Numbered from the stretch's first letter, positions 48,341-58,151 are shown. The stretch is DNA of 64,000 nt from Candidatus Roizmanbacteria bacterium CG_4_9_14_0_2_um_filter_38_17 (GCA_002788855.1 PFSB01000013.1:21608-85607); one strand, 5' to 3'. Notes: generated by a model from the sequence alone, not told the origin. Numbers and translations are program-made.

Positions 48341-48392
48341 CGCCCTATTTTAACAGGAAGTTGGTATGTTGCTACTGGAGCTTGTCCTGGCT

Positions 48393-48417
48393 CTATTAAA
48401 AACTGAGTTTTTAATAG
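48393..48417. promoter_or_regulatory. 25-bp perfect palindrome ctattaaaaact-g-agtttttaatag in the divergent uvrB/uvrA control region; candidate operator (possibly for the LexA paralogue)
   Basis: 12-bp arms read directly; does not match the CTGT-N8-ACAG or GAAC-N4-GTTC consensus. Confidence 0.35.
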
Positions 48418-48430
48418 ATTGTTAAATTGG

Positions 48431-48463
48431 AACCCACTCCAGGAGTGGGTTAGGTTGACACCT
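48431..48463. repeat. Second copy (inverted orientation) of the acccactccaggagtgggtt / ggttgacacct repeat element
   Basis: aacccactccaggagtgggttaggttgacacct read directly. Confidence 0.6.
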
Positions 48464-48575
48464 CGGGAATATCGGGCGCTCAACCTAAAGCTAAGCCATT
48501 CATTGCATGAAAGGCTTAGCTTTGTTTCGCTTGGATTATGGCAGGAAGTTGATCTCCTGTTATAATTGTTAGCTT

Positions 48576-51464
48576 GTGGCAGATATAGTTATCAAAGGGG
48601 CGAGACAGCATAATTTAAAGGGAATAGATCTTACTATTCCTAAAAATAAGCTGATTGTATTTACTGGAGTTTCCGGAAGTGGAAAAAGCTCCTTAGCCTT
48701 TGATACCATCTACGCTGAGGGTCAGAGACGGTATGTGGAGTCTCTTTCTTCATATGCAAGGCAGTTCCTGGGAGTAATGGATAAACCGGATGTAGACACG
48801 ATTGAAGGCTTATCTCCCTCAATATCTATTAGCCAAAAAAATGTATCACATAATCCAAGGTCTACAGTGGGAACAATTACGGAGATTTATGATTATTTAA
48901 GACTGTTATTTGCTAGAGTAGGTCACCCTCATTGCCCCAACTGTGGAAAAGAAATTCAGATGCAAGACATTGACCAGATCACTAATTCAGCTCATGAGTT
49001 GATTAAGTTGGCAACTAAAAAGGCGGGGAAAAGAGGTAGCAGGTGGATGATTTTAGCCCCTGTTGTAAGAGGTAGAAGGGGTGAATTTACCCAGTTATTT
49101 GATAACGTAAAAGCTAAAGGATTTACCTCGATTCGCATAGATGGAAGAGTATATGCGGTTGAAGATGATCTGGTTCTGATTAAAACTAATAGACATAATA
49201 TCGAAGTTGTAGTAGATAGGTTTATTGTTGGTAAAAAAGATTTGGATTTAAATAGGTTTAAAGAAGGACTAGAGCAGGCTTTAGAATTATCAAATGGATT
49301 AGTCATTATTGCAGAGATAACTGACGCTTCATTTGAGTTACCGGAGAGACCTAAGGAGTTTGAAGATCACTTATTTTCAGAGCACTTTGCTTGCGCTGAC
49401 TGCAATTTAAATATCGCAGAGATAGAGCCTAGACTTTTTAGCTTTAACACACCTCATGGAGCATGCAAAAAATGTAATGGTATTGGGAGAATCTTAAAGG
49501 TAAGGTCAGAAGTTGTTCTGAATGATAACTTAACAATTTCTGAAGGAGCAATTACTCCAATTGCTAGTCATTTTATTAATGATACTTGGCTGTCAAGACT
49601 CATTAAATCTGTATGTGAACAAAATGGCATTCCTTTTAGAGAACAAGTAAGTAGCTTGAGTGTTGCACAGAAAAAGCTATTGATCGAAGGAACTGGTAAA
49701 AAACTGTATCGGGTAATGGGTGAGAATAGATACGGTCAGACAACGTCAATCGAAGAGCAGTTCCTGGGCATAACAAATATCTTGGAAAAAAAACATGCAG
49801 AGACAGGCTCAAGCTACATGCGTGATCAGATCGAGAGATTCATGCATAGAGAAGTTTGCCCTGACTGTAATGGATCAAGACTTAAAATGGAAGCTCTATC
49901 AGTAACAATAGAGGGAATAAATATTGCGCAGTTAACAAATTTTACTATTAAAGATGCCTTTGACTGGATTAAAAGAGCTAAATTCTCTAATAAGGAACAG
50001 ATAATTTCTAAACCAATTATTAGCGAATTGACAAGTAGATTGGGTTTTCTAAATTCAGTTGGCCTGAATTATCTCACACTGGCAAGAGAAGCGGGCACAT
50101 TAGCTGGTGGGGAAACTCAAAGAATAGTTTTAGCAAGTCAGATTGGCTCTGGCTTGACCGGAGTGCTCTATGTATTAGATGAGCCATCAATTGGATTACA
50201 TCAAAGAGATAATGCCAGACTTATAAAGACATTAAAACATCTTCGTGATTTAGATAATACTGTGGTTGTAGTTGAGCATGATCAAGAAACCATGGAAAGT
50301 TCTGACTGGATAGTAGACTTTGGACCTGGTGGTGGTAAACATGGTGGAGAGGTCGTTGCGGAAGGGACATATGAGCAGATCAAGAGAAATGATAATTCTC
50401 TAACTGGTAAATATTTATCTGGAAAACTTAGAGTTGAACACAAGTCAAAAGCTATAGATAAATCTAAACAAAAATACTTAACTATTACTAATTGTAGCCA
50501 GTTTAATCTGCAAAACATAGACGTAGAGTTGCCTTTAGGAAAACTTATCTGTATTACAGGTGTATCAGGAAGCGGTAAATCTACACTTGTTGTCGAAACA
50601 CTGTATAGAGCACTTAAAAGCAAACTTAACCCCTACTATAAAGATACGCCTGGTAAGTATAAAGATATTTCTGGATATGAACAGACGAAAGCAGTTCAGC
50701 TTATAGACCAATCACCAATTGGTAGAACACCAAGATCTAACCCAGTGACATATACAAAGGCTTTTGACTATATTAGAGATGTATTTACAAATACCAAAAC
50801 AGCTAAAATTCGCGGTTATTCTAAAGGAAGATTTTCTTTTAATGTAAAGGGTGGGCGCTGTGAAGCATGTGAGGGGCAAGGTGAAAATAAAATTGAGATG
50901 CAGTTTATGCCAGATGTCTATGTAAAATGCGAAGTTTGCAAAGGAAAAAGGTATAACTCACAGACACTCGATGTTTTGTATAAAGGTAAAAATATAGCCC
51001 AGGTACTTGAGATGACAGTTGAGGAGGGTGTTAAATTTTTTAAGGGATACTCGCAAATTAGTAGAAAATTAATAACCCTTGAAGAAGTAGGCCTTGGGTA
51101 TATTGAACTTGGGCAGCCAGCGCCATTATTGTCTGGCGGAGAGGCACAAAGAGTAAAACTAGCTGCTGAACTATCGAAACATGGAGCTGGATCAACTATA
51201 TATATACTTGATGAACCTACAACGGGTTTACACTTCCATGACCTAAAAAAGTTACTTTATGTGCTTCATAAGTTAGTAGAAAAAGGAAATACGGTTATCG
51301 TAATTGAGCACAATTTAGATATCATTAAAAATGCTGACTGGGTTATTGATCTAGGCCCTGAGGGAGGAGCAGCGGGCGGAAAAATCGTAGCAAAGGGAAC
51401 ACCTTTTGATGTAGCTAAGGTTAAAAGCTCTTATACTGGTCAATATCTAGCAAAACTCAAGTAA
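48576..51464 (+). CDS. uvrA: Excinuclease ABC subunit A
   Basis: Two ABC ATPase modules plus zinc fingers (CxxC pairs); 962 aa. Confidence 0.95.
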   Translation: MADIVIKGARQHNLKGIDLTIPKNKLIVFTGVSGSGKSSLAFDTIYAEGQRRYVESLSSYARQFLGVMDKPDVDTIEGLSPSISISQKNVSHNPRSTVGTITEIYDYLRLLFARVGHPHCPNCGKEIQMQDIDQITNSAHELIKLATKKAGKRGSRWMILAPVVRGRRGEFTQLFDNVKAKGFTSIRIDGRVYAVEDDLVLIKTNRHNIEVVVDRFIVGKKDLDLNRFKEGLEQALELSNGLVIIAEITDASFELPERPKEFEDHLFSEHFACADCNLNIAEIEPRLFSFNTPHGACKKCNGIGRILKVRSEVVLNDNLTISEGAITPIASHFINDTWLSRLIKSVCEQNGIPFREQVSSLSVAQKKLLIEGTGKKLYRVMGENRYGQTTSIEEQFLGITNILEKKHAETGSSYMRDQIERFMHREVCPDCNGSRLKMEALSVTIEGINIAQLTNFTIKDAFDWIKRAKFSNKEQIISKPIISELTSRLGFLNSVGLNYLTLAREAGTLAGGETQRIVLASQIGSGLTGVLYVLDEPSIGLHQRDNARLIKTLKHLRDLDNTVVVVEHDQETMESSDWIVDFGPGGGKHGGEVVAEGTYEQIKRNDNSLTGKYLSGKLRVEHKSKAIDKSKQKYLTITNCSQFNLQNIDVELPLGKLICITGVSGSGKSTLVVETLYRALKSKLNPYYKDTPGKYKDISGYEQTKAVQLIDQSPIGRTPRSNPVTYTKAFDYIRDVFTNTKTAKIRGYSKGRFSFNVKGGRCEACEGQGENKIEMQFMPDVYVKCEVCKGKRYNSQTLDVLYKGKNIAQVLEMTVEEGVKFFKGYSQISRKLITLEEVGLGYIELGQPAPLLSGGEAQRVKLAAELSKHGAGSTIYILDEPTTGLHFHDLKKLLYVLHKLVEKGNTVIVIEHNLDIIKNADWVIDLGPEGGAAGGKIVAKGTPFDVAKVKSSYTGQYLAKLK

Positions 51465-51494
51465 GATATAAAGTTTACATGTTAAAATATTTGT

Positions 51495-52340
51495 ATGGAA
51501 GTTAAGCAAAATTCTTTAGCAATTTTTGAGAACTTTAAAATTCGTCGCCACTTCAATGAAAAAAGTGAAACATGGTATTTTTCTGTAATTGATATTATTG
51601 CAGTTTTAATAGGACAAAAAGACTTTAAGAGAGCAAAAAGTTATTGGACTACTTTAAAAAATCGCCTTAAAAATGAGGGAAATGAAGTGGTCACAAAATG
51701 TGACCGGTTGAAAATGTTAGCTAAAGACGGAAAGCTGCGCGAAACAGACGTGGCAAATGTAGAGACCATTCTTCGCTTAATACAGTCTGTTCCTAGCACC
51801 AAGGCTGAACCCATTAAACTGTGGCTTGCGAAAGTGGGTTACCAAAGAATGCAAGAAATGACTGATCCAGAGAGAGCCTTGAACAGATCCCGTGAATATT
51901 GGCAAAAACAGGGTAGAAGTCAAAAGTGGATTCAGCAAAGAATGATGGGACAGGAAACGCGAAACAAATTAACTGATTATTGGAGTGAACACGGAGTAAA
52001 TCGGGGTAATGAGTTTGCAATATTAACAAATATTATTCATATAGAATGGAGTGAATTATCAGTGAAGCAGCACAAAAAATTAAAGAGGCTAAAGACACAT
52101 AACTTACGCGATCATATGAGTGAAGAGGAATTAATTTTTACCGCACTAGCAGAGCTTTCTACAAGAAGAATTGCTGAAACTGATGAAACCGATGGGCTTG
52201 AGGAAAATAAAATCCCAGCTAAAAAGGGAGGTAGAATTGCAAAAAATGCGCGACTTGCCCTGGAACAGAAGACTGGTAGGAGTGTGACCACGGGGGAAAA
52301 TTTTTTGCCTCCAAGTAAGTCAAAGAAAAGACTCAAATAA
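51495..52340 (+). CDS. Bro-N domain protein with a KilA-C/antirepressor-like C-terminal half (DinD-like / prophage antirepressor family)
   Basis: N-terminus FENFKIRRHFNEKSETWYFSVIDIIAVLIG matches the Bro-N fold signature; 281 aa; basic C-terminus. Confidence 0.55.
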   Translation: MEVKQNSLAIFENFKIRRHFNEKSETWYFSVIDIIAVLIGQKDFKRAKSYWTTLKNRLKNEGNEVVTKCDRLKMLAKDGKLRETDVANVETILRLIQSVPSTKAEPIKLWLAKVGYQRMQEMTDPERALNRSREYWQKQGRSQKWIQQRMMGQETRNKLTDYWSEHGVNRGNEFAILTNIIHIEWSELSVKQHKKLKRLKTHNLRDHMSEEELIFTALAELSTRRIAETDETDGLEENKIPAKKGGRIAKNARLALEQKTGRSVTTGENFLPPSKSKKRLK

Positions 52341-52391
52341 TTTTTTTGTACTCAATTCTAGATAGGACCTGTAGACTGATATAATCTTCTA

Positions 52392-54209
52392 ATGAAATTG
52401 TTCGTAAAACTGGTTTTGGTGATCATTATTTTGGTAGTTTCAATGGATAAAGCTTATGCAGAAAATAAATTTAGTAGTACTATAAAAACAGACTACTATC
52501 TTCAAGAGGATGGTACTGTAAAAGTTGATCAGAGAGTAATACTAAAAAATTTAACCCCAGATAGTTTTCCTACACAGTATGGAATGATCGTCTATACGGA
52601 TGATTTAGAATCGGTGGTTGCCAGAGACGGACAAGGCGACATCTTGAAGGATTACCAAAAAGTTGCTGAACAAACTCAGATTAGCCTAAAATTTAATGAA
52701 GAGGTTGTTGGTATGGGTTCTGAGCTTAATTTTAGAGTTTCTTATAGTACTAACTCTCTAGTTACAGGCCAAGGAAGAATTAAAGAAGTAAACATTCCTG
52801 CCTCTCCTAATTCAGATTCAATAGAAGCGTACACGGCAGTATTACACATACCCGGTAGTTATAGCAAAATAAGAAATTACAAACCCCAGCCTAAACAGCT
52901 TGATGAAGAGACAGCTATATGGACCCAAAAAGAGCTGAATAAAACTGGAGCAGTAGTATTTATTGGTGAATCTCAGTATTATGAGGTAAAGCTTGAATAT
53001 GACATAAAAAATGAAGGTCTAACTAGCATCATTCAAGAAATAACAATTCCTCCAGATACGGCATATCAGAGAGTTATCCTTGAGGATATCATGCCTATTC
53101 CAATGAATATTGAAGAAGATAGTGAGGGTAACTGGATAGCAAAATACGACCTTAATCCAAAGCAGGATGTACATATTATACTTAGACTTGCAGTTGAAAC
53201 TTTTTTTCAACCCAGATCAGAATTTAGATATAAAATGCTGGAAAAAAAATCATATTTAACTGCCCATAAATATTGGGAAGTAAATGATAAAGAATTAAAT
53301 AAAAAAGGAAATGAGCTAGCTACACCGGAAAACATCTATTTTTTTGTAAAAGATCATCTGACATATAACTATCATAAAATAGATAAAGAGGAAGATCGCT
53401 CTGGAGCTGTGGTAGCTTACGCCGATAGTAACAATGCTGTTTCCACAGAATTTACAGATTTATTTATTACATTAGCTAGAGCCGCAGGTATCCCGGCAAG
53501 AGAGGTTAATGGCTATGCATACGCAACTAACCCAGATACCCAGCCACAGTCCCTTATTCTTGACCAATTACATACGTGGCCAGAATACTACAATAGTGAT
53601 CAGCAAATATGGGTGCCTATTGATCCAACTTGGGCAGACACCACAATTGGAGTTGACTATTTTACATCCTTAGATTTTAATCACATAGCTTTTGTTCAAA
53701 GAGGTCTATCTTCTACACAGCCACTGCCGGCAGGAATGTTTAGAAATGGAGATGAAACTAAATATATAAAAGTAGAGTTAATTGATGAATTACCAGATAC
53801 TGAAATTAAAAAAATTAAATTAGAACTAGATATGCCCGAGCAAGCAGCGCTAGGAAGACTTGTTGAGGGTGACTTAATAATTACAAATCCTAATAATTTT
53901 GCTTTGTTGAATGTCCTAGTTATCCTTGAGTCACATCCAATAAAAATTAGTAAGCAGTTGCAGGAAATCACAATATTACCTCCTCTATCTAAGACTATAG
54001 TTCCATTTGAACTTACACCTTCTTATAGTCTAGATGCCGTAGATAATACAGTGAAAGCAAGCTACATGGGTCAGCATATTGAGCAAACAATCACAATAAC
54101 CAACTTAAATGAACTAATAAAGCCATATTTAGTAGTAATAGGGATAGGATCTATGCTCTTATTATTAGTTATATATATTATTCGCAAGAAAACATGGAAG
54201 AAAAACTAA
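52392..54209 (+). CDS. Transglutaminase-like domain surface protein (signal peptide + C-terminal TM anchor); putative catalytic Cys replaced by Ser
   Basis: Core AVSTEFTDLFITLARAAGIPAREVNGYAY aligns to the transglutaminase-like motif GxCxxFAxLFxALxRAxGIPAR; cleavable N-terminal signal; C-terminal hydrophobic helix + KKTWKKN. Confidence 0.55.
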   Translation: MKLFVKLVLVIIILVVSMDKAYAENKFSSTIKTDYYLQEDGTVKVDQRVILKNLTPDSFPTQYGMIVYTDDLESVVARDGQGDILKDYQKVAEQTQISLKFNEEVVGMGSELNFRVSYSTNSLVTGQGRIKEVNIPASPNSDSIEAYTAVLHIPGSYSKIRNYKPQPKQLDEETAIWTQKELNKTGAVVFIGESQYYEVKLEYDIKNEGLTSIIQEITIPPDTAYQRVILEDIMPIPMNIEEDSEGNWIAKYDLNPKQDVHIILRLAVETFFQPRSEFRYKMLEKKSYLTAHKYWEVNDKELNKKGNELATPENIYFFVKDHLTYNYHKIDKEEDRSGAVVAYADSNNAVSTEFTDLFITLARAAGIPAREVNGYAYATNPDTQPQSLILDQLHTWPEYYNSDQQIWVPIDPTWADTTIGVDYFTSLDFNHIAFVQRGLSSTQPLPAGMFRNGDETKYIKVELIDELPDTEIKKIKLELDMPEQAALGRLVEGDLIITNPNNFALLNVLVILESHPIKISKQLQEITILPPLSKTIVPFELTPSYSLDAVDNTVKASYMGQHIEQTITITNLNELIKPYLVVIGIGSMLLLLVIYIIRKKTWKKN

Positions 54210-55495
54210 AAGAACTTCCCCAGAGCCCTGGTGTATATCTATTTCGTAATAAAAAAAAGCAGGTAATTTATGTTGGTAAAAGTGTTCACTTGAGAAGTAG
54301 AGTAAGGTCATACTTTCAGAAGAATACACTAGATATAAAAATACTAAGAATGGTTAAGCATATTAGTAGTGTTGATCATGTTGTAACTAATACAGAACTT
54401 GAAGCATTAATATTGGAGGCCTATCTTATAAAATCATACAAACCATTCTTCAATAGTATGTTAAAAGATGACAAGCGTTACTTATATATAAAAATTACAA
54501 CAAATGAAGAGTACCCACGAATTCTCACTTCAAGAAAAGAGGATGACCCAGCATGCGTGTATTTTGGTCCATATCCTTCTTCAAGAGCAGTTGTAGATGT
54601 CTTAAAGATTATCAGAAAAGTATTTCCTTATTGTACACAGGGAGGCTCAGGGAAGAGGCGCTGCTTCTATGCACACTTATTATTATGTAACCCCTGTCCG
54701 GCAGACATTCAAAAACTTACAAGGGAAGAAAAAGATAAACAAAAAAGAAAATATCGAAGGAATATTAAAAATATTATAGATATTTTAAGTGGAAAAGGTA
54801 AAAAAGTAAAAAAAAGATTAGAAATATTAATGAAGTACTATGCTGTAAAAGAAGAATATGAGCAAGCTGGTGAAGCAAAGAGACAGTTGTTCCAGCTTAA
54901 CTATATTAGTAAATACCAAAGTCAAGGAATTAGGAAGTACCTAGACTCAGTGGATCAAGATGATAATAAGCTATCTGCAGGGGAAGATCTAATTCAAATT
55001 CTTAAACCATTTTACCCTTTAACTGAGATATCTAGAATCGAGGGATATGACATCTCAAATACACAAGGTAAAAATCCAACAGGTTCGATGGTAGTATTTG
55101 AAAATAGTGAACCAAGTAAAAAAAACTACAGAAGATTTAAAATAACTGGAGGGAATACTCCAGATGATCCTAAAATGATGAGTGAAATGCTTGAGAGAAG
55201 ATTGAGACATGTTGAATGGACTTATCCTGATGTATTGATGGTTGACGGAGGTAAGCCACAGGTTGGCGCAGCCTTTACACTGCTCAATAAGCTAAACATT
55301 AAGATACCAGTTGTAGGATTAGCAAAAAGATTTGAAAAGTTGGTTATTATGGATAAGGGAAAATTGAAAGAACTTGAAATACCTCTAACATCTTCGGCTC
55401 TACAACTATTACAACGTTTGAGAGATGAGGCACATAGATTTGCAAATACTTACCATAAGAAACTGCGAGCAAAATCCTATATAATAGAAAAGTGA
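54194..55495 (+). CDS. uvrC: Excinuclease ABC subunit C, short form lacking the C-terminal (HhH)2 domain
   Basis: N-terminal GIY-YIG (GVYLFRN..YVGKS), UVR domain, RNase H-like endonuclease motifs IEGYDISNTQG and DEAHRFA; only 433 aa; start overlaps the upstream gene by 16 nt. Confidence 0.75.
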   Translation: MEEKLKELPQSPGVYLFRNKKKQVIYVGKSVHLRSRVRSYFQKNTLDIKILRMVKHISSVDHVVTNTELEALILEAYLIKSYKPFFNSMLKDDKRYLYIKITTNEEYPRILTSRKEDDPACVYFGPYPSSRAVVDVLKIIRKVFPYCTQGGSGKRRCFYAHLLLCNPCPADIQKLTREEKDKQKRKYRRNIKNIIDILSGKGKKVKKRLEILMKYYAVKEEYEQAGEAKRQLFQLNYISKYQSQGIRKYLDSVDQDDNKLSAGEDLIQILKPFYPLTEISRIEGYDISNTQGKNPTGSMVVFENSEPSKKNYRRFKITGGNTPDDPKMMSEMLERRLRHVEWTYPDVLMVDGGKPQVGAAFTLLNKLNIKIPVVGLAKRFEKLVIMDKGKLKELEIPLTSSALQLLQRLRDEAHRFANTYHKKLRAKSYIIEK

Positions 55496-55893
55496 AGAGA
55501 TTGCTGCGAAATATTTTGGTGCATACAGTAATTCTGTACTATCTTGTGCAGGCTATTCCAGGAGTAGATCTAGATAATACTTTGCAGGCGGTTGTAGGAG
55601 GGGGAGCGATTTTAGCATTACTATTTACTTTTATTCGCCCAGTGTTAAAGATACTCTTTTTACCTATTAATCTTATAACTCTTGGCTTATTTTCAGGCCT
55701 TGTAAATGTATTAATCTTATATCTCTTCGATAGATACTATAGTGCTTTTAGTGTTAGTTCGTGGGATTTTGCTGGATATAGCTTTGATGGATTTGTTATC
55801 CCAGCAATTGATCTTAATGTTTTTTGGACTTATGTGCTAATTTCTCTTATAATCACATTTGTCAGTTCTTTTCTGAACTGGTTATGTAGTTAG
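55492..55893 (+). CDS. Small 4-TM membrane protein (YvlD / holin superfamily IV-like)
   Basis: Hydrophobicity pattern and GxxxxLxxxRPxL..LPxxxxTLGLF motif; 133 aa. Confidence 0.4.
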   Translation: MKRLLRNILVHTVILYYLVQAIPGVDLDNTLQAVVGGGAILALLFTFIRPVLKILFLPINLITLGLFSGLVNVLILYLFDRYYSAFSVSSWDFAGYSFDGFVIPAIDLNVFWTYVLISLIITFVSSFLNWLCS

Positions 55894-55898
55894 ATATT

Positions 55899-56105
55899 AT
55901 GGCGATTGTACAATTGATTATTGCATTAATTCTGGCAGGATTGATCCTGTTGCAAGGTGGAGGAGCTGGACTTGGATCAAGCTGGGGAGGAAGTGGCGAT
56001 TCTTCGTTCAGGTCGCGGCGTGGCATGGAGAAGTTTCTGCTATATCTCACAGCTGGCTTAGCATTTGCCTTTTTTATATCTTCGCTAATAAGCTTATTGC
56101 TGTAG
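55899..56105 (+). CDS. secG: Preprotein translocase subunit SecG
   Basis: Two TM helices flanking the Gly-rich LLQGGGAGLGSSWGGSG segment; 68 aa. Confidence 0.7.
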   Translation: MAIVQLIIALILAGLILLQGGGAGLGSSWGGSGDSSFRSRRGMEKFLLYLTAGLAFAFFISSLISLLL

Positions 56106-56106
56106 T

Positions 56107-57450
56107 ATGTGGAGAAGATTGAGATATATCTCTTGGTTTATGTCTGCTTTTTTTGCTAAACACAAAAATGCTCTTTTTTTAGGCGGTTTGGCATCTTTTC
56201 TAGTATTCCTCTTTGCTTGGAGATATAGTCAGGCAGCTTTGCAGATAATATTTAGGCAAAAACAGGTTATTGGAATTGTAGGACAATATACTCCCGCAAC
56301 ACTACCTAGATCAGTTCAAGAAAAAATTTCAGTGGGTTTAACTCAGGTATCTGTTGCTGGTGATGTCATACCAGCTGCAGCGGAATCTTGGGAAATTAGA
56401 GATGGTGGCAAAACGTATATCTTTAAGATGAAAAAAAACATTCTTTGGCACAATGGCGAGGAGTTTAAAGCAACAGATGTTAATTATGGATTTAGAGATG
56501 CAGATATTTCTTCCATTAATGCAGAGATATTAAGAATAACGCTCAATGAACCCTTTTCTCCTTTACCTTCTTTATTGTCAAAACCTCTATTTAGAGATGG
56601 CCTACAGGGACTTGGCCCGCATAGAGTAAGTAGAATTAAGTTTGAGGGGCAGTACATCTCTGAAATTAGATTAGAACCTCTAGATATTGATCTCGATCAT
56701 CCAGAGATAATTAAATTCTATCCCACACTTTCCCAAGCAGTTACAGCATTTAAGCTGGGTCAAATTGATACATTTGAGACCCTAGAGGGTTCAAATGAAT
56801 TATTAGACTGGGAAGACTACATTACTGTATCTAAAGAGCCTAATTATGGCCAATTTGTTGCCATTCTTTTTAATACAGATCACGCACCCTTCAATGAAAA
56901 GCAGTTTAGGCAGGCATTAGCCTATTCTATATCTGATAAGCTAACAGGTGGTCAGATTAAGAGCCCTATTCCGGACAAGTATTGGGCATATAACACTGCG
57001 CTTAAGAAGATAAGCTTTAATGAAGATAAAGCGTTAGAGCTGTTTGGTGAGAGAGCATCAGCTTCAGAGTCAGCTGTTACCTCATTTACTATTTATACTT
57101 TTACAGATCTACTGGATACAGCCCATCAATTAAGCGAGGACTGGAAGCTTTTGGGTCTGGAGTCTAATATTAAGTTAGTAAATACAGTTCCAGAGGATTT
57201 TGATGTTTTCTTAACTATCATAGAGATACCTGTTGACCCAGATCAATATTCACTCTGGCATTCTATTTCAAATGACACAAATTTAACAAGATATGAAAAC
57301 CCCAAAATAGATAAGCTTTTAGAAGATGGTAGGAAAACAGTAAATTTACCTGAAAGGAAAGAGATATATGATGAGCTACAGAAATACCTGATGGATGAAC
57401 TCCCAGCCATCTTCCTCTTCCACCCCACCAAATATACTTTTGAGAGATAA
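56107..57450 (+). CDS. Extracellular solute-binding protein (family 5 / peptide-nickel type ABC SBP-like), N-terminal membrane anchor
   Basis: N-terminal hydrophobic anchor; SBP_bac_5-like central region; no cognate permease in window. Confidence 0.4.
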   Translation: MWRRLRYISWFMSAFFAKHKNALFLGGLASFLVFLFAWRYSQAALQIIFRQKQVIGIVGQYTPATLPRSVQEKISVGLTQVSVAGDVIPAAAESWEIRDGGKTYIFKMKKNILWHNGEEFKATDVNYGFRDADISSINAEILRITLNEPFSPLPSLLSKPLFRDGLQGLGPHRVSRIKFEGQYISEIRLEPLDIDLDHPEIIKFYPTLSQAVTAFKLGQIDTFETLEGSNELLDWEDYITVSKEPNYGQFVAILFNTDHAPFNEKQFRQALAYSISDKLTGGQIKSPIPDKYWAYNTALKKISFNEDKALELFGERASASESAVTSFTIYTFTDLLDTAHQLSEDWKLLGLESNIKLVNTVPEDFDVFLTIIEIPVDPDQYSLWHSISNDTNLTRYENPKIDKLLEDGRKTVNLPERKEIYDELQKYLMDELPAIFLFHPTKYTFER

Positions 57451-57513
57451 ATACAACACCCACTCCAGGATAAATACAACACCCACTCCAGGAGTGGGTT
57501 GAGTTGACACCTA
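57451..57513. repeat. Third copy of the acccactccaggagtgggtt-gagttgacacct element, preceded by a 20-bp partial tandem copy (aatacaacacccactccagga)
   Basis: Read directly, immediately after the SBP stop codon. Confidence 0.6.
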
Positions 57514-57878
57514 AGGATTTTTATTGTGCACCATCTGGGACGATGTTCGAACCTATTTGACCTCAACGATTGATCCGAAAGAGAAGTCTGCACTCATTGT
57601 TGCTATTTCTAGATTTAAAACAGATGGATGACTATTTGTTGTTATTATATGCAACAACAATGAAGAAAGCGCCGGAAAAAAGCATTACAATTCCACTAAA
57701 CCATGCGTTGCTATCAGATCCACTTAACCACATATACATGCCAAATACGCCTGCTATTAACAAAAAGATGCCGAAAACCATTAATAATTTGCCAGTGTCC
57801 TTTTTTGAAAGTTGTTTCATATTATCGCGTCAGTTTAACAAAATTTTTGATTTTTGTCAAGTGGGATTTCAAAAATTT

Positions 57879-57964
57879 TGGTGCCGCGGAGAGGAGTTGA
57901 ACCTCCACACCCTTTCGGGCACTACCACCTCAAGGTAGCGCGTCTACCATTTCGCCACCGCGGC
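57879..57964 (-). tRNA. tRNA-Leu (anticodon GAG), class II with long variable arm, CCA encoded
   Basis: Reverse complement folds as GCCGCGG-UG-GCG-AAAUGGUAGA-CGC-G-CUACC-UUGAGGU-GGUAG-[var]-GGAGG-UUCAACU-CCUCU-CCGCGGC-ACCA. Confidence 0.8.
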
Positions 57965-57977
57965 ATATTATGTTATG

Positions 57978-58050
57978 TGGCAGGACTCAGAGTCGAACTG
58001 AGATCTCATGTTTTTCAGACACGCGCCTTGACCACCTTGGCTACCCTGCC
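57978..58050 (-). tRNA. tRNA-Phe (anticodon GAA)
   Basis: Reverse complement: acceptor ggcaggg/tcctgcc, anticodon loop cuGAAaa, T-arm ctcag-ttcgact-ctgag. Confidence 0.8.
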
Positions 58051-58054
58051 GTTG

Positions 58055-58127
58055 TGACCGCTAAAGGGCTCGAACCTTTGACCTTCTCGATGTAAGCGAG
58101 ACGCTCTGCCAACTGAGCTAAGCGGTC
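58055..58127 (-). tRNA. tRNA-Val (anticodon TAC)
   Basis: Reverse complement: acceptor gaccgct/agcggtc, D-arm tagctcagttggcagagc, anticodon loop cuUACau, T-arm aaagg-ttcgagc-ccttt. Confidence 0.8.
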
Positions 58128-58151
58128 TTGTGTGAAATTATACCATCAAGA

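Noticed and set aside
57570-58057. Three small plus-strand ORFs (57570-57938, 57703-57900, 57854-58057)
   Set aside because: They overlap the minus-strand tRNA-Leu and tRNA-Phe genes and have no coding signal. Judged spurious. The 62-aa minus-strand ORF 57632-57820 (two TM helices) might be real but is unsupported.
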